A stretch of 64,000 nt of DNA, taken from Octopus sinensis (taxonomy: Eukaryota). The position numbers and the translations under genes were made by a program. The DNA lies in contig NC_043006.1 in assembly GCF_006345805.1 (NCBI RefSeq), forward strand, positions 30,008,001 through 30,072,000, read 5' to 3'. Below are positions 12,488 to 24,873 of this stretch, piece by piece. The notes beneath the pieces are model-generated. The model did not search any database. It worked only from the letters and a program-made list of their open reading frames with translations, and was not told the origin of the DNA. Position 1 is the stretch's first letter; each line of letters starts with the position of its first letter.

Positions 12488-13236
12488 GATCTGATCAATA
12501 AGTATCCGGATTGTTGCCATAGTAACAAAACTAAAGCATGCAGAGTAAAGCTGCTTAGCACAGATTGACCTTGAAATCTGCTGTGCATGTGCACTAAGTT
12601 TTAACATTATAGCTCACTTCTGCTGTTTACAGCAGTGCTTGAAAGGAAGGTGTGTAATGTGTGATCGTTGCATTGAGCAGAGAATTTGCATCAAATTTTG
12701 CCAAAAGCCTGGCGATACCTGCTCAGAAGCCTATGTAAAATTTTCAAAATGTTTTCATCATTCTCAACACAATCAAGGAGATCTTATGCAACTGAAATCC
12801 AAGTGTCTTTTCAGTCGGCTGAAAGCAGTTTTGGCACAAACTTGGCAGACACGCGTCTCGTACCCAAATCTTCAGTAATTATGGACTGAACTGAATTGTA
12901 ACTAATCTGCACATCCTCTGATAACTCATGGATGGTGATTTGACAATTTACTCTCACAGATGCACGCACATCTGCAATGTTTTTCTCAGTTCTGCTGGTT
13001 GCAGGTCTCCCAGAATATTTGTCAATATCGACTTTTTTTGGCTATCCTGGAAACGTCTGAACCACTTGTAGACTTGTGTGCATCTAATACACCCCTCTTC
13101 ATATGCTTTTTGCAACTTTACGTAGGCCTCTGAGCCAGTATCACCATAACCACTTTCTCTGTTCTGGTCAACATGACAAACACATGCTACACACCTTCCT
13201 TCCAAGCACTGCTGTAAACAACAGAAGTGAGCTAGA
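12488..13236. mobile_element. Mariner-derived fold-back element, copy 1
   Basis: Left terminus gatctgatcaataagtatccgga. Plus arm encodes EQRICIKFCQK; minus arm encodes AYVKLQKAYEE...QVYKWFRRFQ (mariner HTH region). Confidence 0.85.
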
Positions 13237-13252
13237 ATATATGCGCGCACGC

Positions 13253-13296
<44 letters not shown>

Positions 13297-13298
<2 letters not shown>

Positions 13299-13432
13299 CG
13301 GGCTTCTTTCAGTTTCTGTCTACCAAATCCACTCGCAAAGCTTTGGTCAGCCCAAGGCTATAGTGTAAGACACTCACCCAAGGTGCCATGCAGTGGGACT
13401 GAACCTGGAACCATGTGATTGGGAAGCAAACC
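13297..13432 (-). mobile_element. SINE family A 5' part
   Basis: Reverse complement of the head of the 8381 copy. Confidence 0.75.
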
Positions 13433-13570
13433 ACCAACTAATAAAATCTCCCCACCAAAAATTATCCATCCACATATTTTAATAATTTTTTATTTGCCTC
13501 AAGGGTTCATAGAAATACATGCAATAAACATTAAAGAACATGGAAGTTTATAGTACATGTGGACCTAGAA

Positions 13571-13776
13571 CAGTGATTCTCAACTATTTGTCTGTGTCCC
13601 CATTTGATTCCTGTTTTTCTCTATTGGACCATTCCATGTATATATATAATATTTAGATATTATTATGAATTATGTAAAAAGAAAATTATATTTTGTGTTT
13701 GTAGAAGAATAAGCAACTTATTGGCACATAAATTTTAACCACAAATTTTTATCTGGAGCCTGGTTGAAAACTACTG
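13571..13776. mobile_element. hAT (Charlie-type) MITE, degraded; related copy at ~25788-26045
   Basis: TIRs cagtgattctcaac ... gttgaaaactactg. Confidence 0.6.
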
Positions 13777-14466
13777 GACTAAGTTGGGAAGAGATGTTAT
13801 AGAGGGATTAAAAATTTTATGAAAGAATTAATGGGAAAAAAATTTAAAAACAAACACAAGATATAATGATAATATTACATAAAAAAATTTTGAGATTATC
13901 CACTCACAAATGGTTAGGAATTCACTAGTTTGGTTGAGTCAATGTGCCACTTGTTTCCACTTACCCACCAGATATTGTACATTTCGCAGGGACTTCTGAA
14001 ATCCCTAATCAGCATCTCTTCACTGGGCTTGTCAAGAAAGAGAACTACATCTGGGCAGGAATACTTGTTCATAAGCTTTTTTCTGTTCTAACCAATATGT
14101 GAGCAATGGTATGCTGGATATTGTACTGATACAATTCCTTCTCTATCCACAAATGGTTGGCTTACTTTCTTCCACTTGGCACAACTTCAAGTAGTTTTTT
14201 GTTATTATTTCTAATACCTGTGAAACTGCTTGAGTCTCACAGTTTGAACTTTTCTTCCAAGTTTTCTGAGAGGATCATTTGTTTTTTTTTGTCTCTTTTT
14301 CCATTTTCTTTTCTTTCCTACTTTCCTCCATTTAATCACCATCCTTGCAAGTGTATGTGGTAAAGCTGTGAGGAGGGGGTGCTTTACCATTTTCTGCCTC
14401 TATTACCAAACACAAAGATACTTCCAGACTGACAAAAGATGCCTTGAAATTTTTTGTTACTGTGAC

Positions 14467-14680
14467 CTAAAATGAAGTGTATTTTTTGGCCCTCCTCAGA
14501 ACTGCAACTGGTGGTAAGAAGATTGGTGGTGAAGCCATTTTTTGATGCTGCTCAATCTTTTTATGATTTTTCATTTCTTCTGGACAGAAAGCTTTCAAGT
14601 GGTTTTTGATACCACAAATGAAACAACTATGCTTTCTGTTCTCCATCTTTAGTTTTATGGCTTTGGACTCTGCTGACAAC
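14467..14680 (-). pseudogene. Retroelement gag/ORF1 remnant with CCHC zinc knuckle
   Basis: CFICGIKNHLKAFC fits C-x2-C-x4-H-x4-C. Confidence 0.55.
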
Positions 14681-15019
14681 AGGAAATAACTCCTACATGG
14701 CACAGGTGCCTATTAAGTGTCACTGGCATGGGTGCTTTTAAAGTGTCACTGGCACTGACCACAACTATGCTTTCACTTGGCTTAATGAGTCTTCTGAAGC
14801 ACAGAAAATCACCAAAGGTCTTGACCAATTGTCATCACCTCTGTCATTACTTTCATTCTATTTTATGTGTATGAGCAAATAATGAGGAAAAACTAAGCTG
14901 GGTGAATAAGCATTAAATGGAGGGGAGAAGCAGAAAACAGGAAGAATGGATAAAATCTGTATCACAAATGATAAAAGATCAAATCAAGTGTTGATATGTT
15001 ATACACACACACACACACA

Positions 15020-15052
<33 letters not shown>

Positions 15053-16526
15053 GAGATCGGTTTTGGCAACTGCTTTACTAAAGCTAAGACATGTCCATTA
15101 CTTTCACCATTCCAGCTTGAAGATCAACTTTCGCCATTCATATCCTTTACTTCCTAAAGTTTCAGTTAATTGATTTTATTGGAGTTATTCATCATTACCT
15201 GATGTTTTTAAGCTTTTAAACACTCCTAAAAGGGAGTTTTTATCTACTAACTGCACGGATGATAAAAACTCTTCAGTTTTCTCAGTTACAGTATGAGAAC
15301 CAGCTGTGTTTATATAAACTATTAACCTTGCTCTGATGTTTAACAGGACTGGTTAACACTGACTTTTTCCACAATTTCTACTTAACCTACCTTATCTGTA
15401 AAATCTAATTTCCTATCTCTCATTTATTTCCTTTTCTCATGAAACATGCACACCTGGCATTTTTATCAATTTTACCTTTTCTCATTGCCAGTTGCTCCTG
15501 CTACTTGTTGAAAATATTTAAATATTTAAAGTCATTGAACATTTTAAATTGTTTTAAAATGTCTGTTGACCATGTTGAAACATGACTATAGACTTTGATT
15601 TTAGATGATAAAGTTCATTATCAATGTTTTAATGTCTGTCCACTTTTTGCATAGCTCAGTTTTATAAATATATCATCACTTGATCTGATCTTTTATCATT
15701 TTATCCATTCTTCTTGTGTTTTCTGCTTTTTTCTTCTACCTTCCATTTAATGTTTATTCACCTAGCTTTGTTTATTGTCATTACTTGCTCATACCATATG
15801 CAGTCATCTCTTCATCTCTCCTGTATGCATAACATGATGCATTTATCATCCAGCTTTTTTCAAAGTTCAAGCCTCTTTCTAATGCATATTATGTCTACCT
15901 CATTTCTCTCTAGTTTTGCAAATTTTTCACATTCAATATCCATTTCTTTATTTCATACTGTCTTCTTTTCACAGGAAGAGAGAGAGAAATCCTTTGCAAA
16001 CATAGACAATATGCCTTTAAGTGTCTTGCAGTCTTTTAATCTTGCTTCTGTACTCTTAATGCAACCACTCCAAGGTTAATTTAGCTCATCTTCATTAGTT
16101 ATTAACTGAGCTGTATAAAAAGTTGATACATATGACTACTATGTATATATTGTATTTGAGGTTCTAGTTTTATGTCAGCCTGTCAAAAACTCTCTCAAAT
16201 CTCTTGTAAACCTATTTTTCACTGAGTATAAAATATGGAGATTCTATCTACTTCCTTCTTTGCTTCATATTAATTAATGCCACCTCACCTGGCACTGGGC
16301 TTTTATGTTCTGTTACTATCACATGGGGTTTTGCTATGTTCATCTTATTATTTGCAATTCTTCACCTGGTTTTCATTCAAAAGCTGTTAATTAGTCATAT
16401 AAGTTTTGACAGCTAACCAGTCCTGAATTCTTTTATTTATTAGATGACAAGTTTTAAACATAGGGTAGATGAAATAAATCTATGGCATTCATGTTCTTCT
16501 AAGAAGCTTTAGCATAAGAGTGTTAA

Positions 16527-16760
16527 GGTGCATGGCTCAGTGGTTAGAGCATTGGGCTTCCATTCATAGGGTTGTTAGTTTGATTCCTGGATGGGCCTGT
16601 TGTATTCTTGAGCATGACACTTTATTTCACGTTGCTCCAGTTCACTCAGCTGTAGAAATAAGTTGCGATGTCACTGGTACCAAGTTGTATCAGCGTTTGC
16701 CTTTCCCTTGAAGAACATCAGTGGCATGGAGAGGTGGGGGAGACTGGTATGCATGGACCA
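16527..16760 (+). mobile_element. tRNA-derived SINE family C (CORE-like); related copy at 44291-44520
   Basis: A box tggctcagtggttagagc, B box gtttgattcc, then ttcttgagca.gacacttta. Confidence 0.7.
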
Positions 16761-19700
16761 CAGGTTGGGAACCATTGTCCTACAGTATTAGTGGTGGTTC
16801 AAATTTAATTGTTATTGACAGAGATCCTCATCATCATTGATGTCAGTTGTATCATGGAGAAGATCATCTCTCAAACATTTAAACGTCATCATCCTCTCTC
16901 AACTATAACTTGCATGTGCCATGTATTCCATTCCATTCCAGGCTCTTGCACATGTTTTTGGAATGACACTCATGATTCCTACATCAATGACCAATCGACA
17001 ACTCCTATTATTCCTGTTATTTCCAGGCAATGTTTGACAAGCTGCTGCAGTCTTCTTCTTCTCTCATTGCTCGGTAAGGTGGGGAACATGTTTACAGTTG
17101 CTCATTGGTCATTTTCTCTATTAATTTGACATTGAAAACCATCCAGAGTATCTGGGCATATTAGCCATTGAGGGACTTGGTCATGGATTTAGTAAGAATC
17201 TGTCAAGGAGGATTGTCTCCACTGCTGTTTCACTGTTTTTGTTTCTTTTGGTTTTGAGGTCACATCTCACCAGAGTTAGCTTCCATTCTTCTTTGACAAA
17301 AAAAAATATATATATAATACCAGTAATTAGCTTTACAACTGCATTTCAGACGTTGGTTGGTATGTTGTAAATAATCATCCTTGACTTTATCATATGATTT
17401 CTTTTTAAATGCTGACAAAGATTAATTCTGTAAGATGAATGCAGATGTTGACAGAGATTAACAGCCTTCATATTCATCTTGAATTGTCTGGTAAACTTAT
17501 AATAATTGTAAGAACAAGGAAATATGTGAACAAGGCAGTCTGTGTAAATATTTTCCTTGAAATGAATTGAATGGAGGTCACAGAAACTAAATTCTTCATT
17601 GTTAATTCTTGTAAGGAAATAGCCATAGAGTGTAACAACCTTGACATGGCAGTGGAGTAAAAAGAAATTAATGTACTGGAATTGTTGTCTAATTCAACAT
17701 TATTGAATTGTTGACACATTATCAAAGGCATTCCAACCATGACCATCAGTTTTAAAAGACTAATCATTACTAGATTATCTGTGACCTTTTTGTTGTTTGA
17801 AGGAGATTTGGCTACTATTTCTTGCAGGTCACCTGACCTTATTGGTTTGTTATGGAGTTAATGATTGATGCAGTCGGCTTTCTTTCTTCCCCTTTCACTT
17901 AATAAGTTATATGTTGAATTTCTTTCAATCAGATATATTCCACCTTGTGCATTTTAAGATAATTTTCAGTCATCTTGCCATTATCCAGTATGTCCTTCAT
18001 TTTTAGGATGGTAGCATATGCTTTAAATGAGATTTGGCAGCTTGAGCGACCACAGATATGCTCTGTTGTCAACTCTTACTCAGTAGATATATCTGTCTGA
18101 TAGTAATTGTATCTGATGGCCAACATGCTAAAATGTTATGAAATTTATTAGTTTAGAGAAGTTATTGCTGGAACATAGTAGTAGAAGATTTTAAGACAAT
18201 CACCATCACTTTTCAAACTTCATTTCTTTTTGTTAGGTATGTGGCTAGGAAAAGAATTGAATTGACCCCAAGATGTTATTTATATTATCAACTACAGGAG
18301 AAATAAGCAATGTTAATTGCTTCATCATTTGAACTAAAATCTTGTAATGTATCTAGTTTAAGAAACACCACTGTCTTGGCTGTTTCCTTGTTTTATTGCT
18401 AGCTTATCTATTAAAATAAGCTAGATTGAATGAATTGGACTGAAGTTAGTCATTCATGTTTGTTTTTAGATTAATTTTTCTATGTTGGCTTTTGGTCCAC
18501 AAATTGCTTTAGTTTTTTAGCCCTAGGCCAGCTCCAGTTGAGTAAATGTATGATCAAAGGCATTGTTGCTTTAATATTATTTTTTTAAATAGCATATCTC
18601 AAGTTACATCATCCAATGTGTCCCATCATTTTAAAGTTGGTGCAATGATTTTGGGAGATTTGACTACTATTTGTAGCAGGTCAGACAACCACTTTGAGGT
18701 TCCTTTCTAAGAATTATTTTGCAGTTAATATGTTACCTTTATAAACTGGGCTATCTATTGTACAGGATAGATATCCAAAGGAAAGTAAAGGCTGAAAGTG
18801 AATGCTAAGGGAAGAACCCAAGAGGATTTGACTGAACAGGTCAGTGGTCAAGCAGGAAAAGGGTGGGTGAATGGAGAAACTGAGAGAGGAGAGAGAGAAT
18901 GGTAGAAAAAGGTAGAGTGAGTGAGAGGAAGGTGCCATGGTGCAAAGAGAGGAAATAGTAAGGGAGGACAAACCATAATGAGGAGAGAAAGTTAGGGAGG
19001 GACAGAAGGGAAAATAGTTGATGGAGATGGACAGAAGGAAGAAATGGAAGCAAGGTGAAGAAAAAACGAAATGCAAATAGATACAAAGGATTGTAGAGAG
19101 AAAAAAAGGGGCTAAATAAAGGAGGGGTGTGCATAGAGAAAGATGGAGAAAGGTAAAGTGAACCCAAGATATTTTAGAATCTAAAATATAGATGACACCT
19201 GTGTCTGCTTAGAGACAGCCAATGTTAAATTTTACTGCCCTCAACCTTTTTCCTTTTTACATGTTAAGGTCATCTCTACAGATTATCGCTAGCACTGATT
19301 TTGCTATGGTGTTTTGTGTCCAAGACATCAGATATAAACAAACAATGAGATCAAAGATGAAAAAATGGGTAATGGTCGTATATACCATATGTTGGGAGTT
19401 TTTGCTCCTTCATTAACATTTAAAAAAAAAAACTGACTGGATATTCCAGGTCTATATTTAACTTCCAGTGTGGTATTTTATTGGTAAAAACAAGTTATAA
19501 TTTTGACAGTTGATAATGTCAGCTATCTAACAGATCAGACAATTTCGTATAATTATTAATTCTTCTACATATTTTTGTTAAGATGACATGTCTCACAAAG
19601 CTGATAGATCTGCAGCTAGAATGTCGACTGGCTAACTCCATAACATAAAAATAGCTCAGTTTTCTTGTTTTGTTTGTAATATGTTGTATGTTTTATTTGT

Positions 19701-20689
19701 TTAGTTGGTTTTAGAAAGAGGAGTAGCATGCACTGCTATTTTAAAGTTTTTCTAGATGAGAGCATTGGATGAGGATTGGGGAGTTATTGTTTCATTTGGG
19801 TAGGAAGAGAGTTGTGTTGCTACCAGGGCAGATGTGATTGAGCAGAGCCATGGCCAAGTGACTAGGTTTGAACCACAGATTTGTTTTACTTGTTATACTA
19901 TCAAAGTCTCTGCCTAATGACTACATTGTTGTACACTCTGACATGTATAGAGTGCAGTGTGACAGTCCTGGATATATTGCATTTTCTTCACTAACCAGTC
20001 TGTTTTAACATACCTATAGATTTTGGTGATGGCTACAAAGGTCGTATTTCAATGTGATGTAGTTGGAGGAAATTATTAAATCTGACAACTTAAAATCCAT
20101 TAATATTTGTCCAGTTTTAGTCTCACTCATCATTACCATCATCATCATCATTTTATATTCTGACACAAACTCTTTTAAGGAATGGTTGGTGTTAAGAAGG
20201 GCATCCAGTTGTAGAAACCATGCCAAATCAGACGAGTCTGGTGCAGCCTTCCAGCTTGCCAGTCCTGGTCAAACTGTACAACCCATGCCAGCATGGACAA
20301 TGGACATTAAATGATGACGAATCATGTTATAACCCATTCTGTTACTATCAGAATTTGATCCCTCAATTTGATGCCTCTTTAGTTGCTCTTTCTTTCTCTA
20401 GTGCATATATTTTTTGTCCTTGTATCAGTTTATCTGTGATACTATATCAATTTATGATATAATTATACTAGTCATAGTTCATAGGAAATACCCATCTCCT
20501 GTCATAAATACCTGATTAACTATGGCAATGATAACTAATGCAGACCTACTTTACTGGATATTATCAACTTAATGACTATCTTTTCTCATAGCTCTGCTAC
20601 TTTCCTTTCCTTACATTCATATCCTCAGTGACTTTTTCAACTATATAGGCTCCCAACAGCTGGTTTGTCTGTTGGGTCTATACAAGCTT

Positions 20690-21780
20690 GTCACTGCACA
20701 TTCAAATGCCGTCTGTAAAACTCCACCTACCTATTTCAAACTAGCAACATCACTAGCTCCTTCCATTACCTAAAACAATTTGTCCTGTAGCCATCCTCAA
20801 CACCTACTAAACTCTTCAACATCAGCCTCCCTCTTTCTCTCTCTACATCTATCCTAATTTTTGAAAACATGCTACAGTGTGTCCCATTCCAAGAATCACA
20901 ACCTGTCTGATCTTGTCAACTATTGTCCTGTTGCATTCATTTCTAAAACCTCAAAAATAATGTAGATGGCCATCAACAGCAACTTTCTCTGACAATTTGA
21001 ATATCTCCCTATCTTTCTCTTTTATGATCACCACTATAGTTTTCATAAAACTAGATTTACTGGAGATTTGCCCTCCTGTGTCAATGGACTTTCACCTCAA
21101 AGAAACTTGGCGAAAGCATCGTTATTACCTTCAACATTAACAAAGCTTCCAGCCATGTCTGACATGCAAATCTCCTGTCAAAATTATCTAGCTGTAGTCT
21201 CCATCCATCTTTCATCTCTTGGATCATCAGCATCATGTCTGATCACACTTCCAGTGTTTACTAATATGGTTAGCTTCTCTATCCAACACTTTAAACTGTG
21301 GTGTGTTTCATGTTTGGTCCTGTCTCCATCCTCTTCCTTCTGTACATCAATAGTCTACATGTTGCCACCTCCAATAATGCCTTCATTCTTTTCTATCCTT
21401 TCGCACTCAAGCGTCATCCACATACAGCCAAATCTGCACTTAATCCATAGATACACACCAACATTTAGTTTGCAACCTTTAGGATTTCGGTTCCAATTCC
21501 ATTGATATTTGCTTAGTTCCTGTTATGTCCTGGAGGTTGATTCCATCAATAAACACCCACTTCTCTCTACACACACATTTTACTTTTATAGTATTTGTGT
21601 ATTTTATTGTAGTCAAACATGTTTTGTAATGACGTACTTGTTGAGAAGCTTGCTTCAAGTAAAACTGCATATTTTGAAATTCTTCTCCAGTTGAAGTTAT
21701 TGTCAAAATAAACATGACCAATGCTGTGCAGCTTTCTCTTCCTGCATTTCATGCCAACCTATGTGAAGGTCAAAGTTTTC
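20690..21780 (+). mobile_element. Highly degraded non-LTR RT fragment (CR1/Jockey-group-like); related piece at ~50780-51250
   Basis: SDLVNYCPVAFISKTSKIM and DHHYSFHKTRFTGDL resemble the RT motifs NYRPI.L.S..SK..E and QYGFR..RSTGD. Confidence 0.55.
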
Positions 21781-22095
21781 TTAAAATAGTTTATATTTCC
21801 GAGTATTTATTTATTTTGACTGAAAGGTAAATATTTGTGTTTGCTGTATTCATAGCACCACAAAGGAAACATTGAAACTATAGTACAATGTCACACAAGC
21901 TGAACAAATGTTAGACATAAGAAAAGTGATTCTCTAACACACAAATACCAGCATCTCTCTCCACCTCCAAAATATTTGTGAATTTACCTTCTCTCCTTTC
22001 TCTTTATTAATGGTGTGACAAAATAGACTTTTGTCCAAATAATTCTTCTTCACTACTTGTATTTGATAAAGTAAAAAAACAAAAATGGAAACCTT

Positions 22096-22463
22096 CATGG
22101 CTGTGTGGGTAAGAAACTTGCTTAGCAACCCAGTAGTTTTGGGTATAAGTCCCACTGTCTTCTATTATAGCCCCAAGCTGATCAATGCCTTGTGAATGAA
22201 TTTGATATGTGAAAACTGTGTGGAAGCCCATTATATATACAAATGTGTATCTTGCTTTGTGTCTGCGTTTGTACCCCCCACAACTTGACAAGTATTGTTG
22301 TTTTATGTCCCGAAGACTTAGTGGTTTGGCTAAAGAGACTGATAGAATAAGTACCAGACATAACAGAATAAGTGTTGGGATCAATTTGTTCTACTAAAAC
22401 TCACCAATGCTGTGCCTTAGCATGACCACAATCCTGTGACTGGAACTAGTAAGATAAAAGATA
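22096..22463 (+). mobile_element. Full-length SINE family A
   Basis: catggctgtgtgggtaagaa head through gactggaactagtaagataaaag tail. Confidence 0.8.
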
Positions 22464-22554
22464 TCAATCTGTTCACTTTTCAATCCTCAGACCCCACCCC
22501 ACCCCTTAGGAGTGCTTGATCCCTCCTCTGAGAAACCATGCACCATTTAATAGA

Positions 22555-23722
22555 GTGAGCTGGATGCTTTTCTGTGGTACCAGTACAAGTGTGTTTATGC
22601 AGCACCTGCAACAGGTACTTTTTATGTAGTACTGGCACCTAAAAGACAATCCTATATGTATGGAAGACAAACATTTTATTTAGCTTGACACGTCTTTTCA
22701 AGTACAGCATATCACCACATTTCCCAGTCCCTTTTCATTCCCTCAGTGAAGCCCAGCATCTGAAGATCCTTTCTCACCACTTCATCCCACGTCTTTCTGG
22801 GTCAACTCTATTCACAGGTTCCCTCCACAATTAGAGCTCAGCACTTCTTTACACAGCTGTCTTCATTTATATGCATCACAGGACCCATCCAGCACAGTCT
22901 TCTCTCTTGCACACAACATCTGATGCCTCTTATACCCAGTTTTCCTCTTAAATCATTTACACTCGGTCATGCATACACACTGACATTACCCATCCAGCAG
23001 AGCATGCTAGCTTCATTTCTTTCAAGCCTTTGCAAGTCCTCTGTAGTCAAAGCCCATGTTTCACTGCCATGCAACATAGCTGTACATACACAGGCATCAT
23101 GCACTCTGCCTTTCACTCTGAAGGAGAAGCCCTTAGTTACCAAAAAATTAGAAGCTCCCTGAACTTTGCCCAGCCCATTATTATGCTAGTAACTGCTTTC
23201 AAAACTTCTTCCACCACTGCTAATTTGGTCTCCTAAGTAACAGAAGGTATCTACTACTTCTAATGTATCTCCCTGAGTATTTGAGGGAGTCTGTTGTCTG
23301 TGCATTTTTAGTGCATATTGTACCCACACATTTGCTGCACACAAAGGCTATCTTTGTTAACCTTCCTGTGATATCACTACACCTCTTGTATGCCCAAAGC
23401 TTGCACTGGGTACAGCTTATGGAATTTCTACCAACACACTTACATATTGAGCAGGGCCATCTACCTGAAGGCAGTTGTGATTTGTCTGTTTTCCTACTTA
23501 CTAGGACTTGGTTTTTGCTAAATGAACTCTATAGCCCTTAGATTCCAGGCCTCGCTTCCACACCTGAAATTTTTTCTCTAGATCAGGTAGTGATTCAACT
23601 TTAAGAACAAGGTCATCAGAGTAGAGGAGCTCTCAAGGGCAGCTGGTCTTGAATTCTTCCGTTAAGGCCTGGAGGACTAAGATAAACAAAAGGGGGCTGA
23701 GAGCTGTGAAAACCTACCTGTA
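22555..23722 (-). mobile_element. 5'-truncated RTE LINE (RT C-terminal half with PHD-like insert)
   Basis: Minus strand: LSPLLF, ELLYSDDL, WPCSIC...CTQC...KRC...CSKC, LEVVDTFCYLGD, GWAKFRELL, then the 3' UTR. Confidence 0.9.
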
Positions 23723-24723
23723 CACCATAAAACAGAATCTGAAGACATACCCAGACCTTGTCTGGGTTCAGGAATCATTAAAAAAGAATTTAACTGGAAA
23801 TTAATAGTTTCTCTTAGCTTCCGCATTTCTCTATGCCTGGGTGGTGGTGGTGGTGGTGTGTATGTATTTTATCTGTTTACAGAGTCTCTCTGTATATCCT
23901 TACCCGTAACCCTCTTTTTGTGCCAAATAACAAAATTATAAGAAACTTAATTGATTGTAGTATGGTGTCTTTGATTTATTAAGAACTGCTTGTTTTAGGC
24001 TAGACAAAATGTCTCCTCCTACATACAGTATCGATTCCTAATTCAACTCAATTGTTGCAGATCTCTAAGCATCCACTGATTTATTCAGTTCTCAAATTGT
24101 ATGTATATATATATATATATATATATGTTTTTTTTTCACTCTCTTTCATTCATTCACTCATTCTGTCTTTCTCTCTCCTATACCACTTGTCATGTGTACC
24201 ATCTCCTCCACCCCACCTTATGTTTTTGCTTTAGTTAAATATCTCCAATTGAAATACTTCCTCCTCCGCAAAATTATTATTCCCTCCTTTCAACCGCTAC
24301 TTTCTGTGTTCTGGTACCTTTTCTAACCCCTTTCTCTGTAGACTAGTGCTTATCTGACTGCTGACTGATTTTATTGATTTTTCTGATAGCCATAACATTT
24401 GCTCTAGCAAAAGGAACAGTTTTTATTTTCCTCTTGACTGTTAAATTTAGGTAAGAACACATCTAACCATTATTATTGTTTGTTACTATAATATTAATTA
24501 ATAACTGCCAAATGGTTGAGAAACCAAAACTGATTAACTCTTCAATTTCTGAGTGTTTTGTGCAGCTTGTGTGTGCTGCTACAATTTCCTTCATATTTAT
24601 GTTTAGGATACCTTACTACAGTGTTTCATTTTATCTCATTTGTTTTTCTTTCTTTAGATTAATTTGCTTAATTAATAACTAATATGAACTTATTTATGTT
24701 TCTTCTTTCCAGACTGGTACACC

Positions 24724-24873
24724 ATGTCTGCCAAAGCAATTTCTGAGGCAAAGGGGAAAGAGTTATTAAACCGCCATTTGAAAGATGAGGCTGCGAAGAA
24801 CCGTGTCGTGACCATTACTGAGGATACTAACTGGGATGAAGTGGAACAGAATAACCGATGGCTTTTCTCTGAG
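24724..24873 (+). CDS. ACLY: ATP-citrate lyase coding exon 1 (MSAKAISEAKGKELLNRHLKDEAAKNRVVTITEDTNWDEVEQNNRWLFSE)
   Basis: Acceptor ttctttccAG at 24711-24712, ACC-ATG context, N-terminus MSAKAISE as in metazoan ACLY, donor GAG|GTAGAC, phase 0. Confidence 0.96.

Noticed and set aside
16527-16600. Functional tRNA genes at SINE heads (also 8381, 22096, 44291, 63747)
   Set aside because: A/B boxes are present but there is no complete cloverleaf, and each runs into a SINE body.
18770-19170. Purine-rich tract and pyrimidine-rich tracts (26600-27000, 27620-27850) as coding or structured elements
   Set aside because: Degenerate low-complexity sequence with no clear periodicity, mirror symmetry or protein motif.
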